Assembly: GCF_037042905.1 (NCBI RefSeq)
Contig: NC_087251.1
Span: 2,296,001-2,360,000, forward strand
Direction of reading: 5' to 3'
DNA length: 64,000 nt
Source: Lytechinus pictus
Taxonomy: Eukaryota
Shown here piece by piece: positions 14,301 through 27,100 of this stretch. The stretch's first letter is position 1. Each line of letters begins with the position of its first letter. The notes below the pieces were generated by a model. It saw only the letters and a program-made list of their open reading frames with translations. It did no database searches and was not told where the DNA came from. The translations under genes and the position numbers were made by a program.

Positions 14301-17300
14301 TATATATTATCTCTATCGCATTTATTGTAACTTACCAATATTCACTTTTTGTCTCGCCCACCAGAGGTGAAGGCGAGACTTAGGGATCCAAATGTCGTCT
14401 GTCGTCCGTCCGTCACAAACCTGTAATGACACATAACTCCACAACCGCAAGTCGCTTTTCAACCAAACTTGGATGGTAGATGGACTTGGGGGTCTTGCAT
14501 GTTATGCTGCAGTCTGAGGTCATATGGTAAGGTCAAAGGTCATTTTCAGGTCAACGTTAAAGTTTACATGCAAGACTCTCTTATGACACCTAACTCCACA
14601 ACCGTAAGTCGATTTTCAACCAAACTTGGATGATAGATGGACTTGGGGGACCTGCATGTTATGCTGCAGTCTGGGTAGCGTTTCATGAAAGGATTTGTCG
14701 GACGTTTTATCCGACAAGAACCATTTTATCCGACAGTTACCATAGTAACATTGCCTCTCAGCCAATCAGAATCAAGGAAAGATGTCAGATCTGACAACTT
14801 GTCGAACGAAAATGTTGATGAAACGTTCCCCAGAGGTCATATGGTAAGGTCAAAGGTCATTTTCAGGTCAACGTTAAAGTTTACATGCAAGACTCTCTTA
14901 TGACACTTAACTCCGCAACCGTATGTCGCTTTTCAACCAAACTTGGATGGTAGATGGACTTGGGGGACGTGCATGTTATGCTGCAGTCAGAGGTCACATG
15001 GTAAGGTCAAAGGTCATTTTCAGGTCAACGTTAAAATAAACATGCAAGACTCTCTTATGACACCTAACTCCGCAACCGTAAGTCGCTTTTCAACCAAACT
15101 TGGATGGTAGATGGACTTGTGGGACCAACATGTTATGCTGCAGTCGGAGGTCACATGATAAGGTCAAAGGTCATTTTCAGGTCAACATTAAAATTTACAT
15201 GCAAGACTCTCTTATGATACCTAACTCCGCAACCGTAAGTCGCATTTCAACCAAACTTGGATGGTAGATGGACTTGGGGGACCTGCATGTTATGCTGCAG
15301 TCGGAGGTCACATGGTAAGGTCAAAGGTCATTTTCAGGTCAACATTAAAGTTTACATGCAAGACTCTTATGACACCTAACTCCGCAACCGCAAGTCGCTT
15401 TTCAACCAAACTTGGATGGTAGATGTACTTGGGGGACGTGCATGTTATGCTGCAGTCAGAGGTCACATGGTAAGGTCAAAGGTTATTTCAGGTCAACATT
15501 AAAGTTTACATGCAAGACTCTCTTATGACACCTAACTCCGCAACCGTAAGTCAATTTTCAACCAAACTTGGATGTTAGATAGACTTGGGGGACGTGCATG
15601 TTATGCTGCAGTCAGAGGTCACATGGTAAGGTCAAAGGTCATTTTTAGGTCAACATTAAAGTTTACATGCAAGAATCTTTTATGACACCTAACTCTGCAA
15701 CTGTAAGTCACTTTTCAACCAAACTTGGATGGTAGATGGACTTGGGGGACCTGCACGTTATGCTGCAGTCGGAGGTCACATGGTAAGGTCAAAGGTCATT
15801 TTCAGGTCAACATTAAAGTTTACATCCAAGGCTCTTATGACAAGTGTTATTCCATCCCAGTCATTTCACAATGAAGTTTCAATATAATTCTCTTGCGTGC
15901 CCTCGCAAATCACGATATTTCTGGAAATTTTCATAAGTGGGCGAGACACAAAATTGCTTTTGCCTTGTTGAAATGTACTAGTGAAATCTCCTTACGTAAA
16001 CTTGAAGATTTCCATAGTTTATTATTTGTGGAAGTGGCGTGGTGTTCTTGACTCTTATTTTGTAATCAGAGAGTTTTTAGTTTGAATCTTACTCCACAAT
16101 GTTCATTCCCTGCCGTGAATATCTAAATTGTGCTAAACTTGATCCCTATGAAATAAATTGATAGCTTGCATGTGATTGATAAAGCATTAATAAAGTTACC
16201 TTCGACTTTTAAAACTGAAAAATGACAACCAATTGAATTTGTAGATGTTGATTATTATTTCTTATAAAATACATTTTTTATTGCAAACTATCTCTTGACA
16301 CCTTAAAACTTTAAATAAAATTTAAAAAATTGTAGTTTAAAGATAAAACCTTCAGGTGATCAATAAAATGAGATATTCCAGCTTTTTGTAAATTTATGCA
16401 TAGCTTCAGAACTGTTCTATGAAATCATCCAAGATGGTACTTATTCCCTGAAATTGTATGATATTTATTCAATGATAACCTCATGCCAAATATCAGACTA
16501 GAGGCGATGATAAAGTCTCTTGGAATAGTATTAACCTCTACTATTTGTATGGTAATTAATCAAAGCATACCACCATCCATGTTTTATATTGAATACAGAT
16601 GTGTATGGATCCATCTATATCAGGTAAACATAGCAAGCAACCGCCTCCCCTTTATCTATGCTCAGTCTGCAGTGAGTATGTCAGCAGGTATGTACCCATT
16701 TTAGATCTTCTGTATCTCAATCCATTAGAGACTGATCTAGTATATCTACATGAAGAAGGATTTTCAATTAACTGGGAAATCAAAATGAAAATCTGTTTCG
16801 GTTCTTACTTTTTATGTGAAAATTCATTGAATTTACCTTTGCAAAACTAAATTTTTGATTTGCTAAGTACATTTTTTATGACAGAACAGAATGTCAATTT
16901 TAGATCAAGTTTGAAACAGGGTTACAGGGTTTAGAGACTGAAAGACCTTTTTTGAAATGGGATAAATGATATTGTACACTTTTTTTAATTTGAAATGTAC
17001 ACTCAGTATATCAGAGAAATTTGTCTGTAGCAAAGATTTCTGTTTGTTCAGTTTGATTATGATAGTTTTGTTTGTAATGTCTGTTCGTTATATTTTTTTT
17101 CCTTTAGAGAACTTACTAAGCCACTGCAGAATGTGCTTACACCCCTGGAAAATGTATCTAGAACTTGTGAAAACAAGGTAGGGCCTCAATCTATACTCAT
17201 GATATTACATTAAGTGTTGATAAGAAATTGGAAAATTTACAGGTAAAATAATTTGATCATTGATCAAATGTTGTATAGAACATATTGTGGTATCCACACA

Positions 17301-18100
17301 GTGAGCGTAAAAGAGCTGTTTTACAGATTGCTACATTAACCACATACAGGAACTTGGTACAAAAATGATAAAATGGCTGTTTTCGACTTTCCATACAGCC
17401 ATCGTTGGCGAAGTCTAAATGTGCCATTAACAATGGTTACTCATCATTTGCTAAATGGTAATGGCCAATCATGATCACTGTTTTCAAAACTTGACTAGGA
17501 ACCAATCAGAATTGTTCTCTCAGTCTATCACATAGTTTTTGTGTTACCGAACACATATTCAAAAAGCTATGTGTGATTCTAAAAAAAAATTCCATTTGAT
17601 ATCGTATTTATGATTACATTTTTATCTTCTTTTTGTTTTTTCAATGCAATATTTGTTTGTCATGAAATACACTTGATAAAACTGAGTGTTCAACTGAGGT
17701 TAAGAAATTAAAGTTGATTAAATTAAAATATTTTGAAAATTTCATATTTTCTTAATACACCCTGTAATCATTTGAATATTGCAGTAATGTTTTGATCTAT
17801 TGTATGTTCTTACAGAACTGTGCTTCACATGATAAGACTGCCCTCTATACCTGCTTTGCATCAGAATGTACAGGACAACATGGGAATAAACCTGTATGCT
17901 ACTGCTTATGTTGTCATCATGCTATACATCCTAGGGATAGTGAACATGTCATACAGGAGTTCCCTCATGATCCATGGTCATGTGATAAAGAAACACAGAT
18001 TGTACTGGTGGAAGCAATTATCAGGTTTGTGGTTGAGATGGTGGTAGTGATGGTGATAATGTGATGATGATGATGATGATGTGATGATGATGATGATCAT

Positions 18101-18131
<31 letters not shown>

Positions 18132-21100
18132 GGTGGTGGTGGTGGTGGTGGTGGTGGTGACGACGATGACTACGATGACGATGGTGGTGATGATGATGAT
18201 GATGATGATGATGATTATGGTAATTTACTTCTAATTGTACTAATTGTACTTATTAGGAAGTGGATATTTGCAAAAATATGATGGTGAATAAGCATATCAT
18301 GTCCAATTCTAAGAGGTAGAGAAGCCCTTTTAACCCATCACAATTTTGTGCATCCTTGAGTCATTGACTGCAGTTTGACACTGCTTTAACATCTCATGAC
18401 ATTTCATAATTGATTTTAGAAATTGTAATAAACGATGAGATAATAATGATTTGTTATCTTTGTTTTTCCTTTAGTCTTTTGAAGGAAGCCCATGTGATAG
18501 AGAAAGATCCTTTGATGGCTGCTGCTGAGGTTGATGAACCTGAGTCTGCTGATGAATTCTCACAGGTCAGCCTCCATTCCAGTCATATCGTTTATTTTAA
18601 CAATCATTTGACTGTCTATTGTAGTGTTACAATCAATGTTAATTTTAATAAATCTTGATTAAAGCCTTCAGTGCTCTAACTGTAATTATTTGTAATCCAA
18701 TATTGATCTGATTTTGAAAATTTGCTTGCTTACTTTCACTCTTGAATGTACTTAAGTTATATTTTATTCCTGTTGATATACATGTTAGAAATGGATGATT
18801 ATAATTTTTAATCACACAATTTTTTGTCTAAAGAGCTTTGGCAACCTACCAAACATCAGAGCAATGTCTTTCATGACGGAATCCTGCAATAGTCTTTTGA
18901 TTGTTAATCCTCACATGTCATCAAATACAGAACATTAAGTATTTTCAGAAAGCATCTTGCCTTTATATAGCGGAATTCCCGCTGAAGATGTGGCAGAGAA
19001 TTTGTTTTGGTGCCTTAGAGCATAATCACATTCGTTTGTTATCCTTGCCTTTGGACGAGGACTAGCAATTGGTACACTTCAATTAATTTTAATTGCTGTT
19101 TAAAAGTTTGAATGACTGATAATGCTATTAGTTTTCTAACTTTTGAATCAGGTTGTGGCTTACAATGCTGTGCTTTCATACTCATATTGAAATTCACTAA
19201 GATGTGTGATCCTTTCCTGACAGGCTCCTCGTGAGAATGATATGTCTGAACTAGAATCTACTGAGGAAGACTCTCGTTTGTTGAGTCGCTATGGCTTGTG
19301 GCTTCTAATAGAGAAATGTACACCGAATGATAGAACACCTTGTGAGATTGTTGGTAGATTACTGAGTATGTTGTTCCAATGGTATGGCTTTACAGCAACC
19401 CTCACACAGGGTAAGTATGCTGATGATTTCATTTTTATATCAATTTGATTTAATGTAAGCAAAGTCATGCAGATATTTACAGAATAAAAAGAAATACAAA
19501 AAAATAACGAGGTCTGAAGTTTAATGCTTACTCAAACATATCTGCATTAAGTGCAAGATCTGTTGAGATTCTTGGTGGTTACCCCAAATTCGTCTTTGTA
19601 ACTCAATTTTTTTGTTCAATTTCATATTTTGACAGAAGATATATAGAGGAGTAGTTGTTCTTTTCTGATAAGTCAATTTTATACAAATAAACAAGTTGTC
19701 AAAGTTACTCCTTGGAGATTTTTTTCCTTTTCTTTTGAGGGGGAAGGGTCATTTCTTTTGGATTCTAATCTGAAAAGATGCTGTGAATCACATTTATGAA
19801 AAAAAATGTTATTATTTTTCACGTCATATTTTTATATCTAATCTTTTTATTTTGTAATATTTCCTTTGTTTTCCAGAGAGTATTGTATTGGAAGGCTTAA
19901 AGAAAGATGTAAGTTTATCAAATTATTACATTTTTAATTATTCAGTGAATTCATATCACTTTTTATATTTTGCTTAGGTGTAAAAGGTATATGATAATTT
20001 TTGTACATGTAGAAAATATCAATATTTTTATTTCATCTATTTCTTGCTGAGTGATGGACCACATGACAGGAGTTGTCAGTGGCAGAAGGTAGGGTTAGCA
20101 AGAGGTTACTTATACAGAGCTGCCAACCATTACGTTGTTGCCGTAATCATTACGTTTTTTCATTCAAATTACGGCATTATGGTTTTTCTTTTGAAATTAC
20201 GTTTTTTGACAATTTTGATAATGTATGTGGAGTGCGTGTTGAGACATATACGTTAGTTGAATATGAGAGCGGCATGCATGGTACGAATCGCGATGTATAG
20301 TGACTGGTAAATACGTCTGTAAGGATGATGATGTCATCCAAGATGGCAACTTACGATGACAAACAAAAGGATCGAGGATGATTATGTTTTGATCATCATT
20401 TGAAAGGAAATAACAGTAACTGCGGTCTAAGGTACAATATTTCTGAATTTTATATATTTTATCTTAAATTTGCATGTAATTTCTTTCCTATAAAGTGATG
20501 TTTTATGTACAAAAAAACGATCCGAAAATCGGATTTCCGCCGAATGTTAGATCTAACGTTACTGCTAATACATTGTCTTTACGCACGGGCCAACACACTT
20601 CAGGTGAGTGGAGCCAACATTGTTCTTGCAGCGCAGAGCAAGGAGTACGAAGAATTGGGTAGGGTAATTCCCCAAATGTAGTAAGAGAAGAGTCCATTTG
20701 TAATGGAGGGGGATTTGGAGGTTTGAGGGAAATTATTATTCCATTTGCAAAATTTTACAAAAATACTCATCATATATATTAAAGATTGAATCATCAAAAG
20801 ATATTTTTCATATACTTTAAAATTAATTGTAGTGATAAAGAAATGAAATTTTGAGGCTATTTTCTTGAATTGATTAATATCAATTCCCTTTGGATAACGG
20901 TACTGTCTGGTTAATTTTCATCAACTCGTATCAAACAAATACAATGAATTCGGCTTTGAAAAGACCTGGAAAGCTCTTCATTGTCCCCTGAAGTAATAAT
21001 TCTGGGTGATATTCAACATTTATTGATAGTTTCACATGATTTATACTAGAGAGATGTCCTACTGCCTTTGGAATTCATTAAAAAAGTCGGCACTTTAGCA

Positions 21101-24100
21101 TTCAGTTTAGCAGGAATGGGAAGATTTCTTCCCCGGTTCTGGCGGCCTAGATGTCTGCTCTATAGTGCTGTCACTGCTGGGGATGATTGAGTGTGCGTGC
21201 AGTGTGATTGAGGCTGAGCTGTTTTAGATTAGATTGATTTATGAATAATTTTTCTATATTTGTGGAATGTTACATGTACACTTCCATTTTATGACACTTT
21301 AATTTTAAAGGGTACTGTTTGGCAAAAACAATCTTACTTGGGAAGAGAAGTCTGAATTGATGTCAATTTTTTTTTATTTCTCTTAGTCTACAATTTGGTA
21401 GTTTTGTCAGGAAACTCAACATAAAACAATGAATTATTTTAGAAGTGGAAAGGAAGCCCCAGAAAAATGGAGCCCTAAAAATGTTCACCAGAACTGATTT
21501 TGGTGCCCCTGAAAGAATTTTTTCTCGACAGATCTTCACTTTGATAAGTGCCGGAGTAGGTTGCACTACAAAATGAAAGGCCTACTTGTCATTTTTAGAA
21601 AAATTTGCCTAGGTGCCCATTTGACTAGAATAAAAGTGGCCTTCATGCCCTTTAGAATGGCCTTGATACCCCTTGAAATTTTGGGGCATCCAAGCCCACT
21701 TTGCCGGTTGCCCCAAGCTGAAAGTGCCCATTTAAAAATGGCCTTGCCCCTCTCAATTCTTAATTCAAGCCCTGCTACTGACTTAATTAAAGTTGGTAGA
21801 TTATATCAAACGGCCCAAGACTAAGGGTCCAATTTGTGACACTCCGTTACTTAGCCCAGACTAGGCCTAGAGATTAACTTTTTTTTAATTGTTCACTGCA
21901 TACATACTTTTTGCATTGGATGTTTGTCGCGTGTGGTTTTAAGGTTCGTTTTAACACATTCCTTTTTTTTGTTGGAAATTCCTTTTTTTGCTTGCACAAG
22001 GTTGGCAGCTCTGCTTATATACACCTCTTGTTTATTATTTACTACCCTGATCTCAAAAGAAAATCCATTGTAATTATGGATATTTGCCCATCACCCCACC
22101 TGGTCTCAGAATGATTACAAATGATCACATTTCATCTCCGTTATGCCACTGGCACAAGGCAAAATGACACAAGACTGACCATAACACCAATGACATACCA
22201 TCAGTTGGTTTGGAGTCATCATTGTTGATCTGACTGTATCACTTTGATTTCTTGACAGTATGTAACCAATTGGCTACTGAAGCTTCTTAACACCAACTTC
22301 AGTGTGTTTGTATCCTGTTTGATGCCAACCCCAGCAGATTATGCTAAAGTAGGAGGTCACTGGTAAGCAAATTATTCATCCTCTGATTGGTGTGGAGGAT
22401 TACCCTTGGTTTAACCCCACTGTGGCTAAGGTGATGTAACAAATGTTCATGTCCATCAGTTTATTACTGGCATTGCCTCTGAAGCATTGGCTTTCCTGAT
22501 CTGATTTGGTTTTGTCTTTACTGAAGTGGGAGGATTGTAAAAGGATAATATACTGAATTCCTGCTGTAAGTGGCAGTCATAAAGTCTCTGACCTTCGGCA
22601 TGGTACATAACGCTATGTCATGTCCATACCAAAATGTGAGCTGCTGGGAAGGATCCCTACTAATATGCAGGCTAAAGTGATTCTGATTTTGTAGATGTAC
22701 CTAATGCACCTCTGTGGCATTACTCAAGGAGTCGTATGTAGTCTAATATAATGTCATGTACAATTAATCTCATAATAATGAGGTTTAATTTCACTTAGCC
22801 ATTTATGATATCATCTTGTGTGCTGAGCACTCTTCCATAAACCTTGTCGGCATTGAAAAGTTTTCATATTTTTTTGCTTTTGTTCTCAGGGACACCTTAT
22901 GCAGTCGGATTACAGAACTCCATGATGGACTAAAGAACGTGTTTGCTCTTACACCGTACAACACAATCACCTTTGAGGTGAGATGACATTTTTACAATAC
23001 AGTAAAAATTAAGACAGACTGTTCTATGAACACTGAGGTTAAATAAGTAACATTCATTTTCTTTTCCCAGCTTTGCTTGGCGTCCTTCACAGTGAATTTC
23101 CAATCCCTCATTGTTTTGTCTATGCATAGGTGACAGGATAAGAATGAAAAATTAAAGTGTTGAAAGACAGACTTGACCAAAAGTAGCCAAGAGGTGTTTC
23201 ACAAAGACATAGGTCTGACTAAAGGTCAATGTTTTGTACCAATGTGCTCATAATATTCAATGCACAATCTCAATACTGACATCCCTAGAGTTTTTAGGAA
23301 ATTGACTCCCATTTATTAAAAAAAGAAAATTTGGGGAATCTTATTAAGCACAATATAGAGTTTCAAAGTCATTTGTAAACTTTTGCAGAACTTAAAAACA
23401 ACTTTTAGAAATGAAACCCTGTTTGTTTTGCCTCAACAACATCAGCTTTGGACACCTTACTTGAAACCACCCATGTTGTGTAGTCCCTGATAATATCTTA
23501 AACCTCTCAAATATTTGTAGGTATGGGATCACATCATGCCAGCATGGATGGAATCTATCTCTCAAGAGATCACAGAAGAAGACCTGCCACAGCTTCAGGA
23601 TATCCTCTGCAAGCTCTTTGACATTGACATGTGTCCCCTGCCATTCTCATCTGATAAGATGTTTCATTTCATTGCCATCAAGTTCAAGTCTTCACAGGCC
23701 AAGGAACAGGAGAAAGCATTGCTTTGGCTTCAGGTATGAACATAAAGAAATTAACCCCTATTAACTACCTATTCCACAGACATAATTAGGGGCTAACTCA
23801 ATCTACCAGCCAACAGGCTTATGAAAGCCAATCTATTATTTTATGTCACTTTCAACTTTTCTCAATTACATTACAACATCATTCTTCAAAGTGTCGTGAA
23901 GCCTCAGTAATTACCTTGGGAATCTACAATGACTGTATATTATGTTGCTGCATGCCAAGCCAGTTGGGAATGGAAAACCCAAAATTGGTGAATATAGAGA
24001 GGTTTTGTATGTCCGTAGAAATATTTTTGAAGAGAATCTCTAATTAGATTATGGGATATTCAAATAAATCAGTGTTATTAGATTTCTTATCTGAAGTTTC

Positions 24101-27100
24101 TTGATTAAACTTGAATTCATCCCCAGGTACTCTCTGAGATGGACATTGTCATTCCCATCAAGCTTCTGCTATCAATCTTCAATGAAGGCCTAGCCTCTAT
24201 CATGGACATCCAACGTGCTAAGGTAGCCATGTTTACCAACAAACAATCCCTCTCACCTGACAGTGCTGCTACTGTGGTAGTAGGACCAAACTTAGGATTA
24301 TCCAATGATAGTAGTAAGGTCAAGGAGAAAGAGGAAGGTGGAAGACCAACACAGGTCATCAAGTTCTTCTCAGATACCTTGATGCCATCATCTCCTATTA
24401 CTATGAACAAAGGAAATGGAGTCATGAAGGTAATTTTCATTCTTTTGCCTCTGTGATTTTCTTACTTTCAATAAAGACCCATACACACACTTGTTAAAGC
24501 CAATGTGAAGTATTGTGGTAAACATATATTATATTACAGTAATACCACTGCAAGTTTTCAACTGCGTATCTTACTGTCAGGTGATGTTCAGTTAAACCCA
24601 GGCCCTGAATGTTCTAATGGCCATTCATGTAACTCTGAATCTGATGTCAATTGTTCATTACAGGTATCAAATGATAACGCATCGGGCCGCATTTGTTATG
24701 ATGTTAATACTTTGTATCAGCTGAATACTCAGCTTCATCCTTTGTTACCTCAACATGTGTGGCATAGAGTGTGTGAGCTGGGTATCGGTCGTCGATGTCG
24801 AACTCATCGCGGACAAAGGCGCAAGATCTCCAGGTCGCAAAACTCTTTCCCACCATCCACTGGCCTTAGAGTTGGTCTATGGAACGCGCGATCCTTGACC
24901 AATAAAACACATGTAGTTACGGATCTTGTGATTGAGAATAACCTTGATGTCTTAGTAATCACTGAATCATGGCTTTCTGGTGATAGAAACAGGGATGGTC
25001 TCGTTCTTGCTGGTTTAAAGTTAAGCTTGCCAAATTATGACTTTATTCACCAACCCCGCATTTCCTCGAGGGGTGGTGGAATTTTTGTTCTATTTAGATC
25101 TACAACTCGTTGTAGTGTTAATCCTAATGGAGATTTCTCTTCCTTTGAATTATTTGATTTAACATTCAATCTCACACCGTCATCAGCAGTTAGGATGTTC
25201 TGTATATATCACCCTCCCTCTTCGAGTAATAGTGTCTTTCGAGAGGAGTTTGTAACCCTTCTTGAGGGTGCTGTTATCAGTGACCACTTTCCTCTACTTT
25301 TAGGGGATTTTAATGTTCATGTCGATGACCCTAATGATAATTTTGCTAAATCATTTATAAGTGCAGTAGAATCCCTTGGATTCAAGCAACATGTACATGA
25401 TTCCACTCATTGTGCAGGTCATACACTCGACCTTTTATTTACTAGGGATTCATGCGACATAGTTAATGTTAATGTTTTGTCTTCACTCCCATCTGACCGT
25501 TCTGCTATTGTTGCCACAATGAAGCTTCCTTCCCTGCAGAATCCAAAGAAGAGAGTTTCCTTCAGAAAATTTCGCAGCATCGACTTGGACATTTTCCGGA
25601 ATGACATCAGAGGCATGTTAAATTCACCTTCCGAACTGACATGTCCATCTGAGGCTTTGGATCATTACAACACCTGCCTGAGCTCTCTGATTGACAGGCA
25701 TGCCCCTCTTCAAGTAAAAACTGTCACTGTCAGACCAAAATCACCTTGGTTCACTGATGACATCATAGAAGCCAAGAGACGAAGGCGGCGGGCTGAACGC
25801 CGCATGATTAAGTCTGGACTTGGTGCTGACAGGGAACTGTATCGCCGAGAATGTGAGTCTTACTACGAGTGCATTTTCAATGCTCAGTCTACATACTTCA
25901 GAAATCTTATTGCAGAGTCGGACACGAAGCAGTTATTCAACATCGTCAGATCACTTTCATCAACAGATCATTCTTCAGTTCTCCCAGATCATTCATCTGC
26001 AGAGAACCTCTCCAACCGGTTTGCTGAGTTCTTCAGGGAGAAGGTCTCGAAACTAGTATCATCCTTCAATCCTGCTATCCCAGGTCCAACAACTTCACCT
26101 TCTACAGAACACAACTTCTCACAATTCCGTCTCATCAGTGATCTAGATATCCAGAAACTCATCAAGTCATTGCCATCTAAACACTGCAATCTAGATCCGA
26201 TTCCTACATGGCTTCTGAAGAACTCTCTCGAGGAACTTATCCCTGTCATCACAAAGTTTATTAATCTCTCTTTGTCATCCGGCATTGTTCCTGAAGCTCT
26301 GAAAACATCACTTCTACTTCCTCTCCTCAAAAAGTCGAGTCTTGATCCAAATAATCTCGGTAACTACAGGCCCATCGCGAATCTGCCCTTCATTGGTAAG
26401 GTCTTGGAGAGGGTTGTGACTTCGCAGTTAAAGGATCACCTTGAAGGATTTGGCATGCTTCCAGTCAATCAGTCAGCTTATCGGAATCACCATTCTACAG
26501 AGACTGCCCTGGTGAAAGTTTTCAATGATCTTCTCCTGGCTGTTGATAGGGGCGAGGAGGCAGTGCTCGTTCTGCTTGATTACACCGCTGCATTCGACAC
26601 CATCGACCACGAACTGTTACTGTATCGCCTGCAAAATGACTTTGGTATAACTGGGACTGTCCTTGATTGGCTCCGTTCTTACCTCCACAATCGAAGTCAA
26701 CAAGTTACCATCAACGGCACCCTATCGGCGAGATTCCCCTTGGTCTGCGGCGTTCCGCAGGGTTCAGTGGTTGGCCCGCTCCTCTTCATCTTGTACACAA
26801 GTCCTCTGTCAAGATTCATTGACTCTCACCGGGACATTCGACATGCCATGTATGCTGATGATACACAAATTTACATCACTTTGAAACCCACTGGTAAACA
26901 TGAAGCTGCACAGAAGCTCAATAGTTGCTTAGAGGACATCAAAGCCTGGTCACATGATAGCAAACTCTGTCTTAACGAAAGCAAGTCTGAAATGATCCAC
27001 ATCTCCTCCAAATTTAGAAACACAGAGTCCTTCCCAATGCTCTCAACCACAAGTAGCACTAGCGATAGTATTTTGATGTGTAATGAGTTGGTAAGGGATC

